64,000 nt of DNA from Spirochaetia bacterium (GTDB lineage Bacteria; Spirochaetota; Spirochaetia; WTKD01; G963693115): NCBI GenBank assembly GCA_965226055.1, contig CBDDCA010000006.1, positions 384,001 to 448,000 on the forward strand, written 5' to 3'. The notes under the pieces were generated by a model. That model did no database searches, was not told the origin of the DNA, and worked only from the letters and a program-made list of their open reading frames with translations. Shown piece after piece: positions 9,580 to 19,397 of the stretch; position 1 is the first letter of the stretch, and the number at the start of each line of letters is the position of its first letter. Made by a program: the position numbers and the translations under genes.

Positions 9580-11265
9580 CTATCTTACTTTTAAGTACAT
9601 AGCATATCTTTTTGATTGTATCTGTGATATACAGATAAATAAAGAAAACATGAGTACAAACAAAGCAAGTAATCCGTATCCCAATATGCTAAAATAAGCT
9701 ATTGACACAACCTGTGATATATACAATATAAGAGATACCATAAACACCGAAAAAGGAATAATTGACATACTGATACATATAATCCCAAAAGATGCCTGTT
9801 TTCTTTTTTCTTTTCGTTGTTGAGCTTGTATTAAAACAGAATAAGCAAATATCATTGCTCCATATCCACCAAAAATAAAAAGAGCAACAGAAAACAGTAT
9901 GAGTACAACATTGACAAACAACACATTGATAGGAAAATAATATTTTTTCCAAACAGGGTAGATACGCACTTGTGCCCACAAATTTACTTTAAAAGGATCA
10001 ATCATAAGATACGCTATATCTTCAACGGATACAGCACTAGGCATATACCATATATTCTGTGCATATTCTCCCTCCGCTATCTGTGGATGATATGTTACTA
10101 TTGAGTTTTCTTCTATAGCATAGATATGTATCTTATTCTTTGTAAGTTTAGCATACGGAGTTTTTATATGCCATTGTAATGTTTCATTATCATCTAATTG
10201 AAGTAATTCAATATCCTTAAAATAAACAGAACCTGCAGACACAGACACATTCTGAGCAGAAATTATCAATTTTCCTTCTTCATTTTTATCTATAAAATGA
10301 AGCGGTTTCTTTTGTCTTCTTTCAAGCATATCAACAAGAAATACTTTACGTGCTTCTCCTGCAAAAAAAGTAAAGGTATCTAAAGTTTCCTTATACTTCG
10401 CTAACAACCCTTCAATATCTGCATGAGAAGAATAAGTATTCTGTAAAGCTACTAATGTTCTGTATCCTGCAAGAATATCCAATTCCAAACTATCAGAAGA
10501 ATAAAGAACATCACGCAAATATACTAGATGTGATTCAAGCCCAATAAGAGATCTTTGTTCTCTACTAAAAAAATTGTCAATATATCCTTGAATACGGTTA
10601 CGTATAAGCTCTGTTTCACTATTTATTCCAAAAATAGTAATATACCGAAAGAGTAGATACTGTGCAGCATAGTATTTTTCTGCCACTATGAGATCATCAA
10701 TAGCCCTTGCCATTTTTCCTGCATCCAAATTATAAAAATTAAGTACTGTCAACTGCTCTACTCTTTCTATGCTTTCATTGATAGTATCACTAAGCGATTG
10801 TATGTACTGTGTATCTTTACGAGAAATACTAATTTTCGAAACACTATCAGATAATAATCTCGTATCTTCAGGAAAAAAATTTTCAATAACATCTACATAA
10901 AAATTAGCTTCGTTACTCTCTCTACTCTCATGTGCAACAACATATGCATCATATACTTTTTGTAAGAGTTCATATTGTTCTTGATGAGATATATCATTGT
11001 TCTTATTACCCCTCAATAGAGGCACTAATACAAATAACAACAAGATGGTACCGCTTATTAACATATGAATAGTTGATACAAAAAGAAAAGAAGACTTGTT
11101 TTTTAATAAAAAGATAAAGATATAATATATGAAAAATGTATACAAAGGAGCAACAAAATAATTGATAAGTATCCTGCCTTGTTGCTGTTCCCCATATATG
11201 CTCATAACCACATATACCCAAAAAGCAGAGAAAATAAACACAAATATATACTTGACTATTTTCAT
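9580..11265 (-). CDS. Hypothetical membrane protein with large periplasmic domain
   Basis: 561 aa; three N-terminal and three C-terminal TM segments. Confidence 0.65.
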   Translation of the reverse strand: MKIVKYIFVFIFSAFWVYVVMSIYGEQQQGRILINYFVAPLYTFFIYYIFIFLLKNKSSFLFVSTIHMLISGTILLLFVLVPLLRGNKNNDISHQEQYELLQKVYDAYVVAHESRESNEANFYVDVIENFFPEDTRLLSDSVSKISISRKDTQYIQSLSDTINESIERVEQLTVLNFYNLDAGKMARAIDDLIVAEKYYAAQYLLFRYITIFGINSETELIRNRIQGYIDNFFSREQRSLIGLESHLVYLRDVLYSSDSLELDILAGYRTLVALQNTYSSHADIEGLLAKYKETLDTFTFFAGEARKVFLVDMLERRQKKPLHFIDKNEEGKLIISAQNVSVSAGSVYFKDIELLQLDDNETLQWHIKTPYAKLTKNKIHIYAIEENSIVTYHPQIAEGEYAQNIWYMPSAVSVEDIAYLMIDPFKVNLWAQVRIYPVWKKYYFPINVLFVNVVLILFSVALFIFGGYGAMIFAYSVLIQAQQRKEKRKQASFGIICISMSIIPFSVFMVSLILYISQVVSIAYFSILGYGLLALFVLMFSLFICISQIQSKRYAMYLKVR

Positions 11266-11269
11266 ATAG

Positions 11270-12145
11270 CTACCCCCTACTCCTACGGTAAGACAGAGAA
11301 AGAGTAACTATCAAAACAATATTTGTTACTAAGAAAAACGCTGTACCTCCTACTAGCCACCAAAATCCCTGTGTACTGTGATGAAAAGCATAAAAGAGAA
11401 AGAGTAGCCAGACAAAAATAAAGGAAAATCTTACAAAATATAATTCTATACCATATCCTACCAAAAATAACGATACATACGCAAGTAATATCAAACACAA
11501 AAATAATAGCAACTGAACATAGGCATTACTACTATATGATTTTGTGAGAATATTTTTATGCACTAACAGCTTAGGGAGAACACTGTCACTAAAAAACGAT
11601 ACGCTAGATACATCTTGCCATTGCAAAAAAATACCCTCTGTATGTGTTTCTGCATCTTCATCCTGCACTTCACGCAATACGATGGAATCATCAAACAACA
11701 CCGTATACATAGTACCATCCAAGCGTTGTCCAAAATAAGCAAATCGTGAAGCATACTCCTTTTTATCATCAGGAGATGATACAGGAATAAATAGCTCAAT
11801 ATTATCACTTGGACGCAACCTTTCTATTATTGCACCACTCTCTGTATCCACCACTTGTGATATATCCATTGTTGGAGAACGAACAATACTCACCCAATAA
11901 AAAACACAAAGAAACATCACGACAAAACATAAAAATATATATGGTAGCTCTTTTTTCACTGCGGATACCCTAAAAGAAGAACATGCTACTGAAATAGCAA
12001 TAATAATGCCCATTACATATAACAATGAATTCCAAAAAAGAATATGTATAAATGGAGGCACTATGGTAAATCGTGTTATTATAAAAAACAACAGAAACCA
12101 TAAAAACAATAGAATTGGAAACAGAATAGTTGATCTTACATTCAT
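11270..12145 (-). CDS. Hypothetical membrane protein
   Basis: 291 aa; 3+3 TM layout like the neighbouring gene; 4-bp gap to it. Confidence 0.6.
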   Translation of the reverse strand: MNVRSTILFPILLFLWFLLFFIITRFTIVPPFIHILFWNSLLYVMGIIIAISVACSSFRVSAVKKELPYIFLCFVVMFLCVFYWVSIVRSPTMDISQVVDTESGAIIERLRPSDNIELFIPVSSPDDKKEYASRFAYFGQRLDGTMYTVLFDDSIVLREVQDEDAETHTEGIFLQWQDVSSVSFFSDSVLPKLLVHKNILTKSYSSNAYVQLLLFLCLILLAYVSLFLVGYGIELYFVRFSFIFVWLLFLFYAFHHSTQGFWWLVGGTAFFLVTNIVLIVTLSLSYRRSRG

Positions 12146-12334
12146 TTTTTATTGACTACTTACTGTATCGTCTTACTACTAGCATTACATAACATACAAT
12201 TTAATTACAATTATAAATATATAGTATTTATTTAATAAATTATTATATAGCAAGCATTTACATTTTTATCTTATCAGTATTCTACGAAAGAATACAATAT
12301 ATATTACAATTAAATTACAATTTACAGAGATAGT

Positions 12335-12766
12335 ATGCAATCATTACTTAAAATTAACAACGTGGTACTCTTTTTTTATTGTTTACTCCTATTTGGTATG
12401 ATTATACTTATTGACTATTATATCTTCTGGGTTACTATTAACTATATAAAAATACAATATTTACTTCTCAGCTTAGCGTTGCTATCAGGAATACTCACTC
12501 TCATCGTATTAAATAGTATTATGGATCTCATTAAAACAATAAAAAAGAACGCTACATTAGGTATTATGTCCTATACACTATTTTCTTTATTACTCGTTAC
12601 AATAGTACTAGGAATGTTTCTCATCATTCCCGGATTTGTAAGCACTAGCATAGCACTCATTCTCTATATACCCCCTATACGAAAAGGAATAGCATTTGTA
12701 CTGTATAAACTGCATAAAAACAAAATTATATCACTGTTTTCTATTTTCCTATACGAACATATGTAA
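12335..12766 (+). CDS. FxsA-like membrane protein
   Basis: 'GMFLIIPGFVST.IAL.L.IPPIR' resembles the FxsA 'LL..PGF.TD..G.LLL.P..R' motif. Confidence 0.6.
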   Translation: MQSLLKINNVVLFFYCLLLFGMIILIDYYIFWVTINYIKIQYLLLSLALLSGILTLIVLNSIMDLIKTIKKNATLGIMSYTLFSLLLVTIVLGMFLIIPGFVSTSIALILYIPPIRKGIAFVLYKLHKNKIISLFSIFLYEHM

Positions 12767-12770
12767 CATA

Positions 12771-14204
12771 CTATAAATCTCCTTTTTCTATAAGCTCTAC
12801 AGTTTGGTTGAGTACAGTATCAGTTTCTAAATTATATACAGTGATAACATCATTAAAAACATTTGCCTGTCGTACTAATAAACTAGTAATGGCTCTAAAA
12901 TCCTGAAATTCCATATTCATTTCTTTTAATCGTTGCCTAAACTCTTCAATCTCTTTTTCTCCAATCTTTCCTAGTTTTTCTTCTACAAATTTTCGTACTA
13001 AATCATCATCAGCAATCTGAGATATCCATATTCGTTCTTGCATGTTACTTCCAAAGCTAATTCCTTCTATTTCTACATCTGGAGCTATCCCAACCCCATT
13101 TATATAGTTATCACCAGGAGTGTAATATTCTGCAATGGTCAATGTAATAAACCCTTCACCAAAGGGCTGCACTGTCTGCACTAAGCCTTTGCCGTATGTA
13201 TCTTTTCCTACAAGCGTGGCTCTTCCATTGTATTTAAGCGCTCCTGCTAAAATTTCTGATGCCGAAGCAGATCCTCCATTGACTAACACAACAATTTTTT
13301 TATCGTAGGGAACTATTGATGCATTACGTGCAAAGTACTGATAACGATTATTTTCTATTCTTGAATCAGTACCCACTATCAACTCTCCCTTATTAAGAAA
13401 AAAATCAGCAATTTTTAATACTGCAGCAAGAGAGCCTCCTGGATTGTTTCGCAAATCAATAATTAAATGCTGATACCGTTCTTTCTCTAATTCTTGTAAT
13501 ACAGACTTAAATCTTTCGGGGGTATTATCATTAAATGACAACAACGAAATATACGCAATATCATCAGTTATTTTTGCGTGTTTAAGATAAATTACTTTTA
13601 TGATATCCCGCACAATAGTGATTGGAACTATTAAATCATCTCGTTTTATTGTAATATCTACACTTGATCCAGGTTCTCCTCGCATAATATGTATAGCATC
13701 ATTTGCACTCATTTCTGCAGTACTCATATCATCAACAGAAATAATTAAGTCTCCCGTTTGAATGCCTGCAAAATACGCAGGTGTCCCTTCTATGGGAGCA
13801 ATAACCTGAATATAATGTACTCCACTCTCTACATCAAGACCTTCATCTATGGTGATACCAAGCCCTCCAAACTCCCCTGTTATAGATTCTTGGTATTTCT
13901 CACTCTCCTCTTTTGTTACATAAGTTGAATACGGATCACCAAGATTCTCTAACATACCTTTCAATGTACCATCTAACGATTCTGTGCTATTAGGATTTAC
14001 ATAGTAACTTTTTTCTATAAAATCATACAGCTGTGTAACCTTATCAATAAACTTCTTTCGCTCTAACTTTTTATTAACTTCAGTATCTTCTGACTCAGAA
14101 CTCTTAGCAAACACTCCTTTTGAAAACAAAAACGGTTCACTCGTTAGAAAAAATACTAATAACAAATACAGGAGTATCTTATATTTTTTTGATATAATCT
14201 TCAT
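12771..14204 (-). CDS. ctpA: Carboxy-terminal processing protease (S41A)
   Basis: 'LGDPYS', PDZ 'FGGLGI', 'IDLRNNPGGSL', 'SASASEI', 'TYGKGLVQ'; start at 14204 chosen for its AGGAGAAGGA RBS. Confidence 0.92.
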   Translation of the reverse strand: MKIISKKYKILLYLLLVFFLTSEPFLFSKGVFAKSSESEDTEVNKKLERKKFIDKVTQLYDFIEKSYYVNPNSTESLDGTLKGMLENLGDPYSTYVTKEESEKYQESITGEFGGLGITIDEGLDVESGVHYIQVIAPIEGTPAYFAGIQTGDLIISVDDMSTAEMSANDAIHIMRGEPGSSVDITIKRDDLIVPITIVRDIIKVIYLKHAKITDDIAYISLLSFNDNTPERFKSVLQELEKERYQHLIIDLRNNPGGSLAAVLKIADFFLNKGELIVGTDSRIENNRYQYFARNASIVPYDKKIVVLVNGGSASASEILAGALKYNGRATLVGKDTYGKGLVQTVQPFGEGFITLTIAEYYTPGDNYINGVGIAPDVEIEGISFGSNMQERIWISQIADDDLVRKFVEEKLGKIGEKEIEEFRQRLKEMNMEFQDFRAITSLLVRQANVFNDVITVYNLETDTVLNQTVELIEKGDL

Positions 14205-14286
14205 TCCTTCTCCTAATCGATATCTTTGCATAAAAAACTGTATATAGAATATGCATAGTTATTACACATTATTGTATAATTATATC

Positions 14287-15309
14287 ATGTTATATATTAA
14301 TTATCCACAATGGCTCAGCCCTGAAGTTATTCCCGGAATACCTATCCGATGGTATAGCTTAGCGTATATTTTTGGATCTCTTATCACATATATGCTTGTT
14401 GCAAATATCAGTAAAAGATCAGATAAAAATCTCCACGAACACTTACCAAATTTATTTATGTGGATGATTCTCTCTATGTTTATTGGAGCTCGACTATTTT
14501 CAAAATTAGTATATAGCAGAGATCTATCAATATTACTTACCCCCTGGGAAATGTTTTGGCCTTTTGAAAATGGAAGGTTTGTAGGCATACAAGGATTAAG
14601 CTATCATGGTGCATTGATAGGAACTATCATTGGAGGATGCATATATACAAAATTAAACCATTTACATTTTAGAAAAACAGCAGATCTTATTACTGTTTGT
14701 GTTCCACTAGGATACACATTAGGTCGCTTAGGAAATTTTGCAAACGGAGAATTATATGGAAGAGTAACAACAAGTGCATGGGGAATGATATTCCCGTACG
14801 CTGATCCTCTCCCCTATGGAGACGAAAAAGTAAAACAAATTGCAAACTCCTTAAACATAGAACCCAATGCACAAGGGCTTGTAAACCTTCCTCGACATCC
14901 ATCGCAACTATACGAAGCTTTTTTAGAAGGAATAGTCTGTTTTGCCATTCTCTATACTCTGTATAGAATCATTGTTAACACAAAATACTATTTTCCTGGT
15001 CTATTCGTTTGTCTTTATGTTATACTCTATTCTATTGCTCGATTCTTTGTTGAATACTTTCGGCAACCAGACGAAGGACTTGATTTTGTCGTAAGTTTTT
15101 CTGAAACTTCACAACCACGTTGGATTTTACTCAATTTTAATGAGTTTAGTACGGGACAAATTCTTTCTCTCATCGCTATCATCATTGCATTACTAGGGCT
15201 TATTGCATTCTATATGTTCGAAAAGCATGCAAAACAACATACAATACCACCACAACCACAGCCTCATAGGGTTTCTAAAAAACATCGTAAACATGCATCA
15301 AAAAGATAA
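14287..15309 (+). CDS. lgt: Prolipoprotein diacylglyceryl transferase
   Basis: 'IRWYSLAY', 'GLSYHG', 'GRLGNFANGELYGR', 'HPSQLYE', 'RFFVEYFRQPD'. Confidence 0.95.
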   Translation: MLYINYPQWLSPEVIPGIPIRWYSLAYIFGSLITYMLVANISKRSDKNLHEHLPNLFMWMILSMFIGARLFSKLVYSRDLSILLTPWEMFWPFENGRFVGIQGLSYHGALIGTIIGGCIYTKLNHLHFRKTADLITVCVPLGYTLGRLGNFANGELYGRVTTSAWGMIFPYADPLPYGDEKVKQIANSLNIEPNAQGLVNLPRHPSQLYEAFLEGIVCFAILYTLYRIIVNTKYYFPGLFVCLYVILYSIARFFVEYFRQPDEGLDFVVSFSETSQPRWILLNFNEFSTGQILSLIAIIIALLGLIAFYMFEKHAKQHTIPPQPQPHRVSKKHRKHASKR

Positions 15310-16111
15310 ATCTCAAACACTCCCTACAGACACCATATCTATTCAGCATTATTCTTCTCCACAATATCGCCCTTTGCCATCATCAGAACCAGTGTTACAA
15401 CTACTTATAAAAGTATCAAAAAACCATTCCCATATTGAAAAAAAAAGCAACATATCATTTCATTCGATCACTCCTCCTCTTACACTCCCTGACATCACTC
15501 AAAAGCCTATACTAAAAAACATACAAAAATATATGAAATTATACTTTTTTTTCTGCCCTGCATGTTTTTCTTTTGATACCATTGATACAAAAAAACAGTT
15601 CTGTTACTGTCAAAGTTGTGCTACCATATGGGATATATTTTCCTCTGTGTATCATATGCCTCAAGAAACAGATACCAGCTTAGTATATGAAGCACTACAG
15701 ACATGGTATGTGTGGCAATATGCTTGTTTACTCACATTCATTGATAACAGAGTACCCACCAATGAATGCATCATCACAATAAACGATGTATCCGTTCAAA
15801 TATCCACAACACATTCAAAGCATAACAACACAGAAAAGCATACACAAATACAGTTATACCCCGATAACCTTATATGGCAACCACGCAATAGTGTAAGCAA
15901 CATACTGTATCACACCTTTGTAAGCAAACAACACATATCAAACATATCGCTACAAGATATACATACCATTGATTATAGCAATGAAATTCCTTTACATACA
16001 GTACATATACATACACACAATAATGTACTGACTTTTCATGGAACAAAACACAATAGTATACTTTCGTATTTCTTTGCCTTACACTATCTTGTCAATACTA
16101 TACATACGTAA
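15293..16111 (+). CDS. Hypothetical protein with CxxC...CxxC zinc ribbon
   Basis: 'FFCPAC' and 'CQSC', 'WYVWQ'; start uncertain. Confidence 0.45.
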   Translation: MHQKDKSQTLPTDTISIQHYSSPQYRPLPSSEPVLQLLIKVSKNHSHIEKKSNISFHSITPPLTLPDITQKPILKNIQKYMKLYFFFCPACFSFDTIDTKKQFCYCQSCATIWDIFSSVYHMPQETDTSLVYEALQTWYVWQYACLLTFIDNRVPTNECIITINDVSVQISTTHSKHNNTEKHTQIQLYPDNLIWQPRNSVSNILYHTFVSKQHISNISLQDIHTIDYSNEIPLHTVHIHTHNNVLTFHGTKHNSILSYFFALHYLVNTIHT

Positions 16112-16126
16112 CTATACCACTTGATT

Positions 16127-16984
16127 TTACTGGCTATTTATCCAATCAAAAAACCCTACCATTCTACTTGTAAAGCTATTATTGATAATGCTTCCAAAGA
16201 AAATTCCAAAGCCACTTATTCTCACTGCCCCTAGCCCATAGATAAGCACCCCTTCACTTGTCCTTGCAATTTGACTTGTTATAAACATATCACGTGGTAT
16301 GACCGCAGCAAAACCACGATAACTTATATAAGTAAGATTTTCTCCTATAAAGGAAAGATCATTAGCATTATACACATACTCATATTGAGACACTACATCC
16401 CCAAAAGGCGGCATATCCTGTAAAATAAATGAAGATTCTTCTGTTGTTGTATATGGAAATGAACGAATAAGAGGAAGAGGAGAAATAATAGTTCTCTCTT
16501 CTTTACTTATAATTCTATGAGAAGTATTGAAAAGAGGATGTACATTTTTATCTTTAAGGTTTGTATATCGTATTTCTGAAAAGAGCGTAATATTCCGCAA
16601 TAAATTATAATAATGCATCATGATACTATCTTGCTGTGAAGAGAACGATGTAATATCAGAAAGAGCATTCTCTTGTTTTGATTGCATAACATCAATCTTC
16701 TTTTGTAGCATATCATTAGGAATAAAAAAAAGTATTTCATACAAAATGGTAGGATTCGTCTTTTTTACATAACTCCGTATTGTATCCGCATGTTTTACAT
16801 GAGGCAGAAATTGTAACTCTTTATTTGATGATGATTTAGATGCTCGGCTTACTGGAGTACCATCTAATAGAGTAGCTCTCTCTTGCACAGAAAGCTGTGG
16901 CAACACTTGTTCAAACTCATATACTTGGCTATATATGTATCCATGTACTATAACAAAAATAAAAATGATACTCAATATTCTCAT
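16127..16984 (-). CDS. Exported hypothetical protein (spirochaete-type)
   Basis: Signal peptide MRILSII...; C-terminal 'NNSFTSRMVGFFDW'. Confidence 0.6.
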   Translation of the reverse strand: MRILSIIFIFVIVHGYIYSQVYEFEQVLPQLSVQERATLLDGTPVSRASKSSSNKELQFLPHVKHADTIRSYVKKTNPTILYEILFFIPNDMLQKKIDVMQSKQENALSDITSFSSQQDSIMMHYYNLLRNITLFSEIRYTNLKDKNVHPLFNTSHRIISKEERTIISPLPLIRSFPYTTTEESSFILQDMPPFGDVVSQYEYVYNANDLSFIGENLTYISYRGFAAVIPRDMFITSQIARTSEGVLIYGLGAVRISGFGIFFGSIINNSFTSRMVGFFDWINSQ

Positions 16985-17039
16985 ATTAATAAGTATATAC
17001 AGAAACAATAAATAAATATTGTATAATATAAGTTATTAT

Positions 17040-18455
17040 ATGAATAACAGAAAGATCCTTAAACTATGCCTTGCTCTTACTGATTACTTTCTTCTTGCTC
17101 TTTCGATGTATATTGTACTACAAATACGACTTCCAAACGCTTCTTATTATATTGATTTGCATTATACTATTTTCTTTCCTTTATTTAGCTTTTGGGTACT
17201 CATTTTTTATCTCTTTGAATTATATACCATTGGTCTGCCACAACAAATTACGCGCTTATATTTTGCACTCATTGTATGTGTTTTGCTAAGCTCTCTTCTT
17301 TTCTATCTTTTTAGTCTTTCCTTTATTATCACCCCAAAAACAAACCTTGCATTGATTGCTGTATTGTTCACCTTTCTTCATTATCTTTTTCGCCAATTAT
17401 TTGAATACATTTATGTCAGATTTTTCAAAGGCCATACGATAATAGTAACAGTATCAGATATCGTTTCCTTAACATTAGTAGAAAAATTACAAAGTAATCA
17501 TTACATAAAATACAATATTATCTCAGTTATCACTACACAGGAGTTTTATGATTCGGTATGTCAAGTAATCAATAAGGAAAAAGTCTTTACCAATATAGCC
17601 ACTTTTGAAAAAGAAATAAAAAAATATCCAGAACTAAAAAGTATTATAGTAACTGGTCACTGGTTTGTACACTTATCAAATATATTATATGAAGCACTTC
17701 ATCATTCTATCAATATAGTAAATGCAACAAATTTCTTTGAACAACTGTTTCATTCCATTCCTATCAGAGGAGCAAACCACTACTGGATTATAAATAACTT
17801 GAATAGCATTTCGCAAGGAGCGTATTCTTTTTTTAAGAGAATACTAGACATCATCGGAACATGCATACTTATTCCTCTTTTTGCTCTCCCTATGATAGCA
17901 GTAGCTATAACAATAAAACTGTTTGGAGGCAAAGGTGCCATACTCAATTCTCATACACAAATAGGGCGACATCTGAAATTATTTCATCGATATAAATTTA
18001 GAATTACAAAAACAAGTAAACAAGAAAAAATACATCATACACATATTGATATAAAAAGCACCCCTGCTTTCGAAGCTCACATACATGAAATATTAGAAGA
18101 AGACAATAAACATACTACAAAATTAGGAAAATTTTTAAGAGCCACTCGACTAGACGAATTACCTCAACTTTTTAATATATTAAAAGGTGATATGAGTTTT
18201 ATTGGACCTCAACCAGAATCAGTGGAAATTGCAGAGTTACTTGCAAAAAAGCTCCCACATTATCAATTACGCTATCTCACTAAACCAGGGCTGTTAGGGT
18301 GGGCCCAAGTGAATGCTCACTTTAAGCATTCTGTTAATGACTTTGAAAGAAAACTCTGCTATGACTTGTTCTACATAAAACATATGGATATTGTTACCGA
18401 TACAAGCATAGCAATAAAAACACTACGTACTCTTGTCACTACATTTGGAAAATAA
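17040..18455 (+). CDS. Polyprenyl glycosylphosphotransferase (WbaP/WcaJ-like sugar transferase)
   Basis: Four N-terminal TMs; 'KRILDI', 'LDELPQLFNILKGDMSFIGP', 'KPGLLGWAQVN', 'YDLFYI'. Confidence 0.88.
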   Translation: MNNRKILKLCLALTDYFLLALSMYIVLQIRLPNASYYIDLHYTIFFPLFSFWVLIFYLFELYTIGLPQQITRLYFALIVCVLLSSLLFYLFSLSFIITPKTNLALIAVLFTFLHYLFRQLFEYIYVRFFKGHTIIVTVSDIVSLTLVEKLQSNHYIKYNIISVITTQEFYDSVCQVINKEKVFTNIATFEKEIKKYPELKSIIVTGHWFVHLSNILYEALHHSINIVNATNFFEQLFHSIPIRGANHYWIINNLNSISQGAYSFFKRILDIIGTCILIPLFALPMIAVAITIKLFGGKGAILNSHTQIGRHLKLFHRYKFRITKTSKQEKIHHTHIDIKSTPAFEAHIHEILEEDNKHTTKLGKFLRATRLDELPQLFNILKGDMSFIGPQPESVEIAELLAKKLPHYQLRYLTKPGLLGWAQVNAHFKHSVNDFERKLCYDLFYIKHMDIVTDTSIAIKTLRTLVTTFGK

Positions 18456-18491
18456 TACAACATATAGTTTTTTTACACATAGAATACACTT

Positions 18492-19385
18492 TTACATATA
18501 GAACAACAGAAAGAAGGAAAGAGGGATAAGATATAAAGAAAATATCCAAAGTATTCCTTTCTTTACTATGTACCGTAATGTATATAACATAAGCAGTCCA
18601 GATACAAATGCCGTTATCATTCCAATGAGTATGTACCACAAAGAAAATACTGTTCCTACCTCTTGTAATTCATCAAGACTAAACAAAAAAGAGGCAAGAA
18701 TCGTTGGTATCGATATAAGAAACGAAAAATACATTGCATCATGTTTCTTTGCTCCTAATAGTAAGGCTACAGATATAGTAATACCTGAACGCGAAATACC
18801 GGGTAATGCAGCAAACCCTTGTACAATACCTACTATGATAGCTATCTGCATTGTAATACTTCCTATGCTGTATGTGGTATTTTCCTTTTGAGAATAATTA
18901 TTACTAAAATACAATGAAGCGGTACTATCTCTCACAGGCTGTACTCTATTATATCTATTTACAAAATAAAAATATATGTTTGGTAAGATCAGTATGATAG
19001 CAGTCAACAAAAAACTCCCTCCTATCATAAGGCGTTCATGTTCTATAAACCATGTACTATCAAAGACTGCAAACTTTATGTAAAATGCAACAGGAGCAGT
19101 AAAAAAGGTACTTATGACTATCATACCAATAATTTGCATATCCTTTTTACAATTACTATCTGCTTTTCCACTAAAAAAATGGAAAAGAGACTGTATCAAA
19201 GACCATACAATAGTACGAGTAAAAAATAATACTGCAAATAGTGTAGCAATATGCAGTATAATATCAAATACAAATGGCACAGGCTCTTCAGAAAAGAGGA
19301 GTGCAAATACACGTAAATGTCCAGAACTTGAAACAGGAAGAAATTCTGTTATCCCTTGTAAAAATCCCATAAGTGGTGCTAACAT
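18492..19385 (-). CDS. uppP: Undecaprenyl-diphosphatase
   Basis: 'QGITEFLPVSSSGHL', 'PGISRSGIT'. Confidence 0.95.
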   Translation of the reverse strand: MLAPLMGFLQGITEFLPVSSSGHLRVFALLFSEEPVPFVFDIILHIATLFAVLFFTRTIVWSLIQSLFHFFSGKADSNCKKDMQIIGMIVISTFFTAPVAFYIKFAVFDSTWFIEHERLMIGGSFLLTAIILILPNIYFYFVNRYNRVQPVRDSTASLYFSNNYSQKENTTYSIGSITMQIAIIVGIVQGFAALPGISRSGITISVALLLGAKKHDAMYFSFLISIPTILASFLFSLDELQEVGTVFSLWYILIGMITAFVSGLLMLYTLRYIVKKGILWIFSLYLIPLSFFLLFYM

Positions 19386-19397
19386 ATTCTCCTCCTA

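Noticed and set aside
12146-12334. Repeated TTACAATT motifs as an origin or operator array
   Set aside because: Very AT-rich divergent promoter gap; no DnaA-box consensus or regular spacing
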